From Eledone cirrhosa (Eukaryota): a stretch of 64,000 nucleotides of DNA. A program made the translations under genes and the position numbers. Positions 27,813 to 41,146 of the stretch are shown one piece after another. The notes under the pieces were generated by a model. That model was not told where the DNA came from, did not search any database, and worked only from the letters and a program-made list of their open reading frames with translations. The stretch is taken from NCBI GenBank assembly GCA_964016885.1, contig OZ024752.1, positions 1,240,001-1,304,000 on the forward strand. The letters are read 5' to 3'. How positions within the stretch are numbered: the stretch's first letter is position 1; every line of letters starts with the position of its first letter.

Positions 27813-28217
27813 GAGATGACCCCTTAGCCTTTGTCAAGGTAGAATTCTAGGAGAAGGAAAACTCTGATATAACATCTGCAACCCTGATGGTATCCAATGA
27901 TGTTGACTTGTTCTTCTTTTGGGTAAATATCATCTTGGTTAAGAGAGTGGGACTGGCTTTGTGCAGTGCCTTTGCTCACTATAAAAGCTTCACCGCACAG
28001 GCATTGCTTTATATCTGGAGATCTCTCTGCACTTGCCGTCACATGGTACCATGGGCCCAGCACTATGTGTCAATAATTGTCACAAGTGTAGTGTTTGTAC
28101 CAGAGTTTTCAAGTCGCTGGCTGGACTAAAAAGTCACACTCGTTCAGCGCATCGGTAGGGGTTCTCCTACATGGATATAAAGTAGTGGCCGTACTCGAAA
28201 ACGAGTTGGCAGCCACC

Positions 28218-28254
<37 letters not shown>

Positions 28255-28389
28255 AGTGTATACATATTTGTTTGAACGAGGTTATGTTGAAAATGCAGAA
28301 CGAAAAGTTATTTGAAGCCAAACATAAGTACGAGACTTTATTTAAGTCAGGGTATCGGAAATTTTTTATAATAATTTAAATAGTTCGTG

Positions 28390-28426
28390 AACTTAACCGG
28401 TTTCGCTGAGTAGTGTTTCAAAAGTT
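28390..28426 (-). ncRNA. Degenerate U3-A8-type minimal hammerhead
   Basis: AACTT-TTGAAAC-actactcagc-GAAA-CCGG-TT|AAGTT; stem I 5 bp; core position 9 altered. Confidence 0.45.
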
Positions 28427-28769
28427 TAATTACGGCTTGCGATGTCTATCTATGTTTTTCATATGTTGCTATATGCTATCTTGTAAATTCAGTTCTCCAT
28501 GTGTAATTCTTTTTCATCACATATCCTTTTACTAAAACGATTGTATCATTGTCGCTTATATATATGTATCCACAAATATATATGCTCACACACGCACATA
28601 TATATACATATGCTGTAGCACACCTATGCTCACAATTATTACAACACACAGACACACACACATACACCCCCACATATATATATATATTTCTGGAATGGTT
28701 TGCCTGTGGGTATAGGTGTACATATATCCATATACACACCTTTGTATATACATATATGTATATATATAC

Positions 28770-28865
<96 letters not shown>

Positions 28866-29204
28866 ACACCCATTGTATATATCACAATATACAAGTAACA
28901 TACTTATGCAAAGATGACAAGCAATTTACGTATTAGCCCAGGGAAGATAAATATTATGAACCTAAGGTTTATCTCTAAAGGCTAGCACGTCAATAATTGT
29001 CCCGTTTTCACCTCACCACATCCGTTTTAAAGGAAGTGATAAAATGCTATGTATTGACAATCGGATCTAGAGTATTACGTTCTCAATCATTTTGACATCT
29101 TTCCACTAGAATGAATCTGATTAATAAACATTCATGAAACTACTGTCACTTACTAAATATAATGTATGTGTATATATTTTAATTTCCTTCTCACACACAT
29201 TATC

Positions 29205-29330
<126 letters not shown>

Positions 29331-30787
29331 CATATCTACGTAGGTGTGTGTAAACTTGCATGTATTTCTATATAAGTATGGTGGATATTTGCTGTCTGTA
29401 AGAATGTGTTAACGGTATAATTGGTCCAATATTCTTCTATACTTGAGGCAAATGTAATCGGAATCCTGTCATTGAAGATGACATGTTTACTAACAATTTA
29501 ATTGACATGACACTACAGAACGATCCCATGTACGGGATGTTATCAGAAGGTGTGAGCAATGCACGTGCCTTGATTGTATTGCTTTACGAAAATGTTTTCA
29601 CAACTGATAATCATTCGTAGCCTGCTCATGAATCAATCTATTCTAAACAGCTTGCATGCTCTCTATCTACCTTTAGTTCTTGCTTTAGGCTTTGTAACGA
29701 TGTTCTAGACAGGGACAACACATTAGCGATGGCTAAGTAATTTGTGGAACGTGCAGGCATCACATTGTGTATGAAGTTTGATGAATCTGCTACAAGGGCA
29801 ACCAACGATTCTGGCGAACATTCATTATCTCGAACTTTTCTTTTAGGATGGAACACTTGTGTTTCAAATCATGTTTCATCACTGCATGCAGCATTACAAC
29901 AAGTTGGAGGTGTGTGTCAGAAAACATCTACGGGAACTGCCGTTATACATTCTACGAGTTCTTTTGCATGATTAAAATCCCTTATGTAGTGTGACATGAG
30001 ATTCACACAGACAACCCTAACAGGCCTAGTTATTTTGAACTTGCAGAAGTGAACGTGGAAGTAATACTTTCTTTCCCAAGCCGACTATTGCTAAAAAGAT
30101 GGTACTATACAATATTTGAAGTACAATTTTTGGAGTTTTTATATAGTGTATCAGCGCTGATCCTGAATCATACTAATAAAACCTCGTGCCATAAATGGTG
30201 TACCTGGTGTCCACTTCTTGAAGTTGAGAGTGTGAGTGTATCTGTGAAAGATGCTTAAACAAATGACTGAATTCCCATTCATTTTTCTCTCATTTTATTC
30301 CTTGCTGTTGGAGTTTGTGATATGACTATGAGTCGAAAGATCGGAGTAGGAGTTTGACTGAACAGTCTATTTTTCTTTCCTTCTTTCTTTGTTTAATTTT
30401 ATATTTCTATCTATTATAGTGTTTACATAATAATTCTCCTTTAACCATTTCGTTTGTTTCAGAAACTGTTGTTTCTTTTGTTGTTGTGTTGTAGGGATTA
30501 TGATGTATCTCATAAGACCTTCTAAATGTGCCTTTATACGACTATTTTTAAGGCTATTTTGTCTCGTTGGTTAGTTTAGAAGAGATATGCAAGTAAAAGG
30601 TGGATCACATTCTATAACCTGACGTCTTGTAGTCGCTGCAGATAAGAATAGTTTTGATATACAAAAAATATCTGATATAACAACTGTCTTTCCAATTTGA
30701 TGGCTGGTGCGGTCCATTGTTGGTTTGTGAAATGGAGAATGCAAAACGGTGGTTGGTTTAGCAAGTGTTATAAGAAGAGTTATATGT

Positions 30788-30990
30788 TCAAAAGTACACA
30801 ACAGTGACATATATAAGTAACACCCCACAAATAAAATGCTTGTAATTTTATGTTTCACTTATATATAAAAGTATATTCTTAATATGAAAACGTCAGCCAA
30901 CTTATCTGATCACCTGATAGAAACAATTCCAGGTAGAACATAATAAACATTTATGGCTACACATGGGCATGCTTTGAAACGTAGGGTCAA
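30788..30990. repeat. Dispersed repeat, inverted homolog at ~45270-45452
   Basis: GAAACAATTCCAGGTAGAACATAATAAAC.TTTATGGCTACACATGGGC is present in reverse complement at ~45289-45339. Confidence 0.75.
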
Positions 30991-31052
30991 CATAAAAACA
31001 AACAATCCATCTTAATTTTACTTACTGATTATTTTTTAAAAAACCTCATTTT

Positions 31053-31108
<56 letters not shown>

Positions 31109-31332
31109 CTTTATCATTTCTGAAGATGGCATATATAAGTGAAGGTATGCATATCTCCTCTGATAATTTGTAATATTTTTTTACATAGATTTTTAATATA
31201 ATATACATACCAACACACACATATATATCCCAGAAATAATCGTAAAATGATGATTATTTTTCAATATAAGGAACCTGTTCTTTGTTTTTATTTCATTATT
31301 TTTATTAATTTATATATATATATATATATATA

Positions 31333-31358
31333 TATTAGTATATAAATAGACACATACA

Positions 31359-31441
<83 letters not shown>

Positions 31442-31475
31442 GGGGTAAAAATAATCTTTTTTTATAGCAAACATA

Positions 31476-31531
<56 letters not shown>

Positions 31532-31564
31532 TACACGTGTATATATATATATTATTTTACGTCT

Positions 31565-31612
<48 letters not shown>

Positions 31613-31640
31613 TGTATGTGTCTATTTATATACTAATATA
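31333..31640. repeat. Palindrome built around nested (TA)n tracts
   Basis: TATTAGTATATAAATAGACACATACACGCA ... TGCGTGTATGTGTCTATTTATATACTAATA. Confidence 0.85.
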
Positions 31641-31826
31641 TATATATATATTACATTGAGCTACTTAACTTACTGGTAATAAGGTAGTAATACATTACTG
31701 CCTACCACTATTTAGGGTGTGTGTAAAATACTTATAACTGCATAAGGTTTTGTATTTACATAACCATAAATAGTATAACTAATACTATATATATATATAT
31801 ATATATATGTCAGTGTGTGTGTATGT

Positions 31827-34496
31827 TTTGCATATTTATACGAATGATAGAAAGGGGAAGAACATTTATTAGTTTTTACATACATATTTAGAGAGGATAG
31901 TTCATATCTCTGTCCGAGGTTGTCCCTCGTTCTCTGTTAGTTGGCTAACAGAGGCTAAATACTTAGCCTGTGTTAGTTGGCTAACAGAGGAGGTAGTACT
32001 TAGCCTGTGTTAGTTGGCTAACAGAGGAGGTAGTACTTAGCCTGTATTAGTTGGCTAACAGAGGAGGTAGTACTTAGCCTGTGTTAGTTGGCTAACAGAG
32101 CAGGTAGTACTTAGCCTGTGTTAGTTGGCTAACAGAGGAGGTAGTACTTAGTCTCTGTTAGTTGGCTAACAGAGCAGGTAGTACTTAGCCTGTGTTAGTT
32201 GGCTAACAGAGGAGGTAGTACTTAGCCTCTGTTAGTTGGCTAACAGAGCAGGTAGTACTTAGCCTCTGTTAGATGGCTAACAGAGGAGGTAGTACTTAGC
32301 CTGTGTTAGTTGGCTAACAGAGCAGGTAGTACTTAGCCTCTGTTAGTTGGCTAACAGAGCAGGTAGTACTTACCCTGTGTTAGTTGGCTAACAGAGGGTT
32401 AGTACTTAGCCTGTGTTAGTTGGCTAACAGAGGAGGTAGTACTTAGCCTGTGTTAGTTGGCTAACAGAGGAGGTAGTTCTTAGCCTGTGTTAGTTGGCTA
32501 ACAGAGGAGGTAGTTCTTAGCCTGTGTTAGTTGGCTAACAGAGCAGGTAGTACTTAACCTGTGTTAGTTGGCTAACAGAGGGGGTAGTACTTAGCCTGTG
32601 TTAGTTGGCTAACAGAGCAGGTAGTACTTAACCTGTGTTAGTTGGCTAACAGAGGGGGTAGTACTTAGCCTGTGTTAGTTGGCTAACAGAGCAGGTAGTA
32701 CTTAGCCTCTGTTAGTTGGCTAACAGAGGGGGTAGTACTTAGCCTGTGTTAGTTGGCTAACAGAGGAGGTAGTACTTAGCCTGTGTTAGTTGGCTAACAG
32801 AGCAGGTAGTACTTAGCCTGTGTTAGTTGGCTAACAGAGGTGATAGTACTTAGCCTGTGTTAGTTGGCTAACAGAGGAGGTAGTACTTAGCCTGTGTTAG
32901 TTGGCTAACACAGGTGATAGTACTTAGCCTGTGTTAGTTGGCTAACAGAGGAGGTAGTACTTAGCCTCTGTTAGTTGGCTAACAGAGGTGATAGTACTTA
33001 GCCTGTGTTAGTTGGCTAACAGAGGAGGTAGTACTTAGCCTGTGTTAGTTGGCTAACACAGGTGATAGTACTTAGCCTGTGTTAGTTGGCTAACAGAGGA
33101 GGTAGTAATTAGCCTGTGTTAGTTGGCTAACAGAGGAGGTAGTACTTAGCCTGTGTTAGTTGGCTAACAGAGGAGGTAGTACTTAGCCTGTGTTAGTTGG
33201 CTAACAGAGCAGGTAGTACTTAGCCTCTGTTAGTTGCCTAACATAGGAGCTAGTACTTAGCCTGTGTTAGTTGGCTAACAGAGCAGGTAGTACTTAGCCT
33301 GTGTTAGTTGGCTAACAGAGGTGATAGTACTTAGCCTGTGTTAGTTGTTTAACAGAGGAGGTAGTACTTAGCCTGTGTTAGTTGGCTAACACAGGTGATA
33401 GTACTTAGCCTGTGTTAGTTGGCTAAGAGAGGAGGTAGTACTTAGCCTGTGTTAGTTGGCTAACAGAGGTGATAGTACTTAGCCTGTGTTAGTTGGCTAA
33501 CAGAGGAGGTAGTACTTAGCCTGTGTTAGTTGGCTAACAGAGGGGGTAGTACTTAGCCTCTGTTAGCCAACTAACAGAGGAGGTAGTACTTAGCCTGTGT
33601 TAGTTGGCTAACAGAGGAGGTAGTACTTAGCCTGTGTTAGTTGGCTAACAGAGGGTTAGTACTTAGCCTGTGTTAGTTGGCTAACAGAGAAGGTTGTACT
33701 TAGCCTGTGTTAGTTGGCTAACAGAGGGGGTAGTACTTAGCCTGTGTTAGTTGGCTAACAGAGTAGGTATTACTTAGTCTGTGTTAGTTGGCTAACAGAG
33801 TAGGTATTACTTAGTCTGTGTTAGTTGGCTAACATAGGGGGTATTAATTAGCCTGTGTTAGTTGGCTAACAGAGGAGGTAGTACTTAGCCTGTGTTAGTT
33901 GGCTAACAGAGGAGGTAGTACTTAGCCTCTGTTAGCCAACTAACAGAGGAGGTAGTACTTAGCCTGTGTTAGTTGGCTAACAGAGGAGGTAGTACTTAGC
34001 CTGTGTTAGTTGGCTAACAGAGCAGGTAGTACTTAGCCTGTGTTAGTTGGCTAACAGAGGGTTAGTACTTAGCCTGTGTTAGTTGGCTAACAGAGGGGGT
34101 AGTACTTAGCCTGTGTTAGTTGGCTAACAGAGTAGGTATTACTTAGTCTGTGTTAGTTGGCTAACATAGGGGGTATTAATTAGCCTGTGTTAGTTGGCTA
34201 ACAGAGGAAGTAGTACTTAGCCTGTGTTATTTGGCTAACAGAGGAGGTAGTACTTAGCCTCTGTTAGCCAACTAACAGAGAGGGTAGTACTTAGCCTCTG
34301 TTAGCCAACTAACAGAGGGGGTAGTACTTAGCCTTTGTTAGCCAACTAACAGAGTGGGTAGTACTGAGCCTCTGTTAGCCAACTAACAGAGAACGAGGGA
34401 CAACCTCGGACAGAGATATGAACTATCCTCTCTAAATATGTATGAAAAAACTAATAATTTTTCTTCCGCTTTTTATCATTCGTATAAATATGCAAA
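31827..34496. mobile_element. Fold-back element (~130-bp arms) whose centre is expanded into a satellite
   Basis: 31827-31957 is the reverse complement of ~34368-34496. Confidence 0.85.
31935..34395. repeat. 37-bp hairpin satellite, ~66 units
   Basis: Unit TTAGCCTGTGTTAGTTGGCTAACAGAGGAGGTAGTAC containing hairpin CCTSTGTTAG-TTGG-CTAACAGAGG. Confidence 0.97.
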
Positions 34497-34517
34497 TTAA
34501 CTACACTATGCACATCC

Positions 34518-34555
34518 GCTGTTGAAAAAGCACATAATGGTGAAACCGGTACCAC
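34518..34555 (+). ncRNA. Degenerate U3-A8-type minimal hammerhead
   Basis: TTGAAAA-AGCACATAATGGT-GAAA-CCGG-TA; stem I poorly paired. Confidence 0.45.
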
Positions 34556-34825
34556 TATTAAATGCGGAAATACCCACTTTATAAATAAATGTTTTGGTAC
34601 TACACTGAAAAAATGCCGCAGCATTTTCTACTAAATTTTTTTCCTTTTTACTATTTGTTCATATATATCAGCATGGGTGTCGACTTTTCTACATTCCATA
34701 TATATATATATATATATACATGTATGTGTGTTTTAAGTAATTCCGTAGAAAACGTAAAGGAAATGAGGGTGGTCTATGTATTGTACAGAGATATTTAATT
34801 ACATAAAAAACAACACAATAACATT

Positions 34826-34897
34826 ATTTCATTACCGAAGGTTTCGAGAAACTAGATGATTCTGGCAGAAACGTCCAGCACTTTCTTCAGACAAAAC
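34826..34897 (-). ncRNA. Type-I hammerhead ribozyme motif
   Basis: GTTTTGT-CTGAAGA-[GCTGGACG..TTCTG C CAGAA..CATCTAGT stem II]-GAAA-CCTTCGG-TA|ATGAAAT. Confidence 0.7.
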
Positions 34898-34954
<57 letters not shown>

Positions 34955-34959
<5 letters not shown>

Positions 34960-35140
34960 CTTTCTACTTTTGGCACAAGGCCAGCAATTTCCCAGTATAT
35001 TACTGCTACTTTATTTTATCGATTCCGTAAGGATGAAAGGCAAAGTTAACCTCGGCGGGATTTGAACTCAGATCGTAAATGGACGTAACCAGGCTGGAAA
35101 GCATTACTGTCCCTCTACCAATACTGCCAATTAACCGCCC
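34955..35140 (-). mobile_element. tRNA-derived SINE copy
   Basis: Homologous to 26934-27123. Confidence 0.85.
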
Positions 35141-35183
35141 TTAATAATAATAATAATGATAATAATAATAATAATAATAATAA

Positions 35184-37679
35184 TTGGGAAAAGATCTGGG
35201 CCGAAGAAAAAGTTCATAATATACATGCCCCATGGATAGACAGACAAATGAAAGATACAGCTCACCTTGCGGAACAAATATGGGAAAATATAACAGTTGA
35301 ACAGTTGCGTTTGGCTCTTAGAAAAACCAGCAAAGGGAAATCCCCAGGAAAAGACAAAATACCAAATGTTTGGATAAATGCCTTCGCAGAGTCTCATGAG
35401 CTGTTGGGCCAACTTTACAATGAAATAGTTAAGGAGCCAGAAAAGATTCCATCATGGCTAGTTAACGGCATTACATTCTTGCTTACGAATAATGATGAGA
35501 CAAACAATCCCCAAAATTACAGACAGATACCTTGCTTGACCACAATGTATAACATTTTAACATCAGTCCTAACTGAATATACATATGACCACCTGATAAC
35601 AAATGACCTATTTCCCAATGAGCAGAAAGGGTGTAAACGAGGCTCATATGGCTGTAAGGATCAGCTTTTGGTTCACAAAATGATACTGGAATATTTTTAT
35701 AATAGACACAAACATCTATCAATTGCTTGGAAAGATTATAAAAAAACATTCGATAGTTTACCATACAATTGGATTGAAAAATGTTTAGAGATTTTCAAAA
35801 TATCTCCCGTTGTCAGGAGGTTCCTGTCATTCAGTATGAAGACATGGAAAACGACACTCCTTTTGAATAGTGAAAAAAAATCACTGGAAGCTGGAGAAGT
35901 TAATATTAATTGTGGAATTTAATTTTTCAGGGTGACTCTTTATCACCGCTTTTATTCTGCATCGCACTTATACCATTAAGTAAAATGCTCAATGAAACAA
36001 AACATGGATATAAAGTCTATGACAAAACCATTAATCACTTGTTCTACATGGATGACCTTAAACTATCTGCAAAAAATGATGAGCAAGGGCTATTATCCAC
36101 TGTGGAGCAGTTCAGTGATGACATTAAAATGGAGTTTGGACTAGATAAATGTGCCAAAGCAACGTTCACCAGAGGAAAGCTGCTGAAAAGTTCAGACATT
36201 AATCTTGATAAGAGAATTTGATCAAGAGGAAACTTACAAATATCTAGGTGTTTGTGAAGGAGACGGAATCAAGCACATAGTAAGAGCAATCTTAAGAACG
36301 GAATTGAATGCAAGGAACGGGATCGATACCATAAACACGCTTGCCATACCAGTAGTAACCTACAGTTACAATGTCATCAACTGGTCAAGCCCAGAGATCC
36401 GTAGGCTCGATACACAAATTAGAACATTCTTAACCATGCACAGAATGCATCACCCTAAGGCAGATACAGATAGAATATATCTCCCTAGGAAAGAAGGGGA
36501 ACGTGGGTTAATCCAGTTAGATATTGCGTTGAAAACTGCAACAATTGGATTATCTACATATCTAAGGGAATCACATGATTGGATGATCAAACTCGTTTTG
36601 AAACACGAAAGCGTCAAAAGATCATACATACTCCATTACAAAAGATGCACAAAGATACAGTAATGGACTACGAATTTCAGAAGTCCCATTTACTGCTGAA
36701 ATGGAAAACACAGAAAAAGCAAAACAGAAAAAGCAAAGCAGGTAAAAGTAACTGCAAAGAAAGAACTGCTACAGAAACTGGCTAAGAAAAGCCTCTGTAT
36801 GGAAAATACCCAGAGCGAGCTAACAATCCTGATGTTGACAAAACTTTAATCCATCAGTGGTTAGCATTCTCTGGACTGAAATCGGAGACTGAAGGACTGA
36901 TTATATCAGCACAAGATCTGTGTCTGCCAACACAAAATTATCAAGCCAACATAATAAAAAAAGGATGCAACCCATTATACCGTGTATGTAAAAAACAACC
37001 AGAGACCATTGATCATATAATTTCAATGTGCAGTCCTATAGCTCCAACCGAATACCTAAACAGGCATGACAGAGCTGCACAATACATACATTGGATAGTG
37101 TGTAAGCATTTTGACCTGCCCCATCAAAAGAATTGGTGGGAGCATCAACCATCTTCCATACTTGAAAAAGATCACATCTCAATCTCGTGGAACTTTAGCA
37201 TCCAAACAGACCGAAAAATAGATGCAAATAGACCTGATATAATACTGAAGGAATTTAAAAAGGGTATGCCTGCTAATTGATATGTCCGTTCCAATAGACA
37301 AGAATGTATCTATAAAAATATTTGAAAAATTGTGCAAGTCTAAAAACCTGGAGATAGAAATTGGAAACATGTGTAAATTGAGAACTAAAACAATACCAGT
37401 GGAAGGCGCTCTAGGAATGATACCTAAGGGGTCTATTGATTACTTATCGCAAATCCCAGGAAACCCGCGTATAGGAGAAATACAAAAGATAGTACTAATG
37501 GGAACTGCACATGTACTAAGGAAGATTCTGTCAATATAAGTACATCACAGGTCTAAACACTAGAGATGCATGTGTGTGTATGTATGTTCTTTCTTGAACA
37601 TGACGGACCTTGTTGTCTCTTGAGGTCACTGGTGACTTGGTGATAACTCGTATGAACATAAAGCAAGATAAATGCAACT

Positions 37680-37728
<49 letters not shown>

Positions 37729-37735
37729 TAATAAT
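35184..37735 (+). mobile_element. Second R4/Dong-type LINE family, 5'-truncated, inserted in (TAA)n
   Basis: KSPGKDKI, EQKGC, FQGDSLSPLLF, YMDDLKL, RHD, RPDI, GALG motifs; (TAA)n on both sides (35143-35183 and 37681-37735). Confidence 0.9.
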
Positions 37736-38640
37736 GATTTCATTTAATAGCCACAAGGGCCGAAATGTAGGGGACACTACAAAGACAGGGACAGTGAGGG
37801 TTTACAATAAGGTCGAGTAAAAGGTCACAATGGAAAGACTAATTTAACAATGAAGATATAAAAAATATAAAATAAACTATGCATAAATATAACAAAATAA
37901 ATTCCCCGACAGGGTGTGGACGACCCTGGGGGACTCGTGTACCCCACCAATCCTGAACCAACCTGCGCTTCTAGGGCACCCAGTGAGGGCACCACTCTCC
38001 TCAAGTTAGCTAGCCTATAGGCGCATGGTCAGAGTAGGCCCATTCTCGCCACATTCATCCACCTTTTAGCAAATGTACTGGGGAGCAGCACTTATCTCTC
38101 CACTCTCATCTTCCTTTCCAGGTGAAACTTGAAGAAGTTGATGAGGGATTGGCCGAAGAGAAAAGTGCCTGTCTTCAGTCCTTTTAATCTGGTCCACCAT
38201 ATAACCTCTTTCGCTACTGCAACCAGACAGAGGAAAATTTCCTGCTCTTCCTGACCTAAGGAAGGCGGCGGGTCGATCTTCACTATGGACTCGGCCGATA
38301 GCCGGAGTCGTTTCACACGCGACAGTAGCTCTTCGACATAACTCCACAAGTCAGTCAGTAATGCACGGACATTTGACAAGTGCGTGCAGAACGGTTTCGT
38401 CGTTCTGTGCGCAACTTGGGCAGATCCGTCTGATAGCACTTCCGTGCCTGTAGAGTTTATCCCGAACCGGCAGTGCCCCCCCCCCCCCCCCCCGGTAGCA
38501 CTGCCAAGCGAGGGATTTCTGGAAATTGTCCATCGACCCCGGCTCGAAAGTCCTCCGGTACAGACTGGTCAGTTCGACTACGTCGAGGCTCGAAGCTTCT
38601 CCGAGTGCGTCATCGCACTTGCCCACCACTAATCCTCTAT
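37736..38640 (-). mobile_element. 3' fragment of a diverged Tx1/L1-clade LINE
   Basis: LAWQCYRG..ALPVRDKL..CPSC..ETVLHALVKC; homologous to 43945-44820. Confidence 0.88.
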
Positions 38641-38794
38641 TGTTCTTTTATTACATCCTCTGTTTTTTTGGGTTTTTTTTACAAACAGAAATGCCCATTT
38701 GTACCGTCCTGTATTGTCCTGTACTGTCCTTAATGTCTACTTTGTGTAAACCCTTGTGGTTAATAAAGAAAGTATTATTATTATTATTATTATT
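38639..38794 (+). mobile_element. Tx1-family 3' UTR fragment with (TTA)n tail
   Basis: Near-identical to 44688-44830. Confidence 0.85.
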
Positions 38795-39010
38795 GAATGC
38801 TATGGTTGACGGAGGCTCGGCTCTGTAAGGTACTGTAAATTGTGAACGCTTTAACAATTGTAAATTGTTTAAAACTTAGACCAACTTGTAGACAAAAACA
38901 CCCTCCTCCTCGTGAGAGGGGTCTTTCTGCCCGTTATTTAGCCCTTCAGGGTTAAATAACTGCTTATTGGGGGGTTGTACCCAATATTTATTTTAAACAA
39001 AAAAAACAAC

Positions 39011-41111
39011 ATGGCTACGAAAAAGAATTTGCATAGGTCACTCCCACTCATTCCGTCTTCTTCTTCCTCAATCGTCACTACAGCAGAGAGAAGATTGTCT
39101 CTCTCCCTCCCTTCTTTAAATGTGTCTCTCTCCCTCCCTTCTCTTTCGCAAGTGACGAAAGAAAAGAAAAGTCTCGTGCAAAGCATGCAAGGTTTCTCCA
39201 CGACGACGACAACAGCGACGAAACAGGTGTGCGGGAAATACGAAAACCCAGTTCATTCGTCTGACGTCAGGAATAATAGCAGTAGCAGCCGTAATAACAA
39301 CAGCAACAGTGACAATGAAAACAACAGTAGCAGCCGCAACAGCATCACCAGCAGCATAAACAACAACAGCATTAGCAGCAGCAACACCAACAACAACCAC
39401 ACCAACAGCGGCGAAGGCAGTAGTCGTAGTACCTGCAGCAACAACAAAAGTAACAGCAGCTCTGACGACAACAACAACAGCAGCAAAGAAAAACCAATCT
39501 CATTTGCAGGTATTGCGAAAAACTTGGAAACAATCCTCATAACAAATGAGGAATTAGAGGAAGCGAAGAAGATGGTGACAAAGAATGGACACCGAGCAAT
39601 CTGCAAGGCAGCGGAAAATTTTTTCGAAACCCAACAGCACTGTACGGTCACGTACCGTACAGTAAGTACAAAATCCCGTAGGGTGGAAAGAGCCACAGAG
39701 GCCTAAATACAAAAAGCCTTGGGGTCTGTGTGGCAGCGGAAAACGCACATCACCCGAGGCAAAAAATATGCCACCGTAGACGTACTTTTTGCCACACCCC
39801 AGGAGGCAAAGGCCCAATCCGTAGTGACTTTAAGGAGCGAGGAAATGGTGTTGGTGCCCTCCTACTGCGGGAAAAAAATTGTGAGGGTCAAACTGACCCA
39901 CGTCCCCCCCGGAATGGCCCCTTCTTGGCTGGCCGCGTCTGTCCTCGTCGGAATCGAGGACAAAACAACTGTACTGCAAGTACAGAAAAAAAGTAAGAGA
40001 AGATTGGGTCGGCACCTCCATTGAGATGCTAATCCAAACCAACCAGGAGTGCATCGAAACTATCCCGGATGTGATAGACTTCGATAACGGCACTCAACTG
40101 CCCATAAGTGTTGAGGGCAAACGCCCGAAATGCTTTCGCTGTGGATCGAAGACTCACCTCAGGGCCTTCTGCAACGAGAAGACCCTGAGAAAGGAGAAAA
40201 CCCCCCTCCTTCCGAATCCGGCTCCACGGCTACCAGTAACAGGACAAGCGGCAACTAAGAACGATAGGTCCTTGGCACCCATACCCACGCCACGGAAATC
40301 AAAAACAGCAGGAGCAGTGGAAATATTAACAAGAACAACAGCAATACCAAATGCAGCTGCAACAGAGACTCCAGTGCAAACATCACCAACAACAACAAGT
40401 GAAAGAGTGGAGCTGGTACCCCTCCCCGACCTCACAGAATCAGACATGGAGTGTGAGGTGGGAGAGGGATGGCAAAAGGTCGTAAGAAGGCACAAACGCA
40501 GAAGCAGCGCATCGTCGCCTTTGAAAAGGGAGGAAAGAAATGAGAAAAGGGTAAAGTCTACTGCAAAGAGACCCACAGCAGCAACACCACCAACACCATC
40601 ACCACCCACACTAGCACCACCATCACCACCGGCGACAACCCCACCGCCAACAACACCTTCAACACCACCACCACAAGCACCAACATCGCAAACACAACAA
40701 CAAAACACTCACACCCAGCAACAACGACAAGAAAATAGCAGAACCACACCCCACCCCCAGAAAAACAAATGCACGGCAATAAATACACACAACAAGAAAC
40801 TAATGACTTACATAATTGAACACACAGACATTTCACAACAGGACTACATAATACCAGCACCAATCAAAACGCCAACTAACATAAGACTGCTAAAAATAGC
40901 ACAGAAACAATACACAAACATTAAAACGAAATTCCCCAACGCAGTTGGTGATTTCAGGGACCTAGGAGGAACCATCAATCGAAGAGTATATTCAGACATT
41001 CTCTTAGAAGAGCCGACGACCAGCCGAAGGGACGATTCAACGGTCCCTTCACCAGACGATCAAGTGAAAAGGGATGTAAAAACCATCCCTCCTCTACCAA
41101 AAGTACGGTAA
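39011..41111 (+). pseudogene. Tx1-like ORF1 (gag-like nucleic-acid-binding protein), disrupted
   Basis: ATG 39011; premature TAA 39704; frameshift near poly-A ~39990; CFRCGSKTHLRAFC knuckle; N/S-rich and P/T-rich tracts. Confidence 0.8.
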
Positions 41112-41146
41112 GTGGTCTTTCCCATCTTTTCCACTCTATTTTAAAC

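Noticed and set aside
29400-30780. Possible decayed retroelement coding region
   Set aside because: Composition is suggestive, but no diagnostic motif could be read.
31935-34395. CRISPR-like array (37-bp palindromic repeats)
   Set aside because: Repeats are contiguous with no unique spacers, there are no cas genes, and the context is eukaryotic; it is a satellite.
38878-38965. HDV-like ribozyme in the Tx1 5' UTR (CCTCCTCGTG)
   Set aside because: Only simple hairpins are present; no P1/P2 pseudoknot partners were found by eye.
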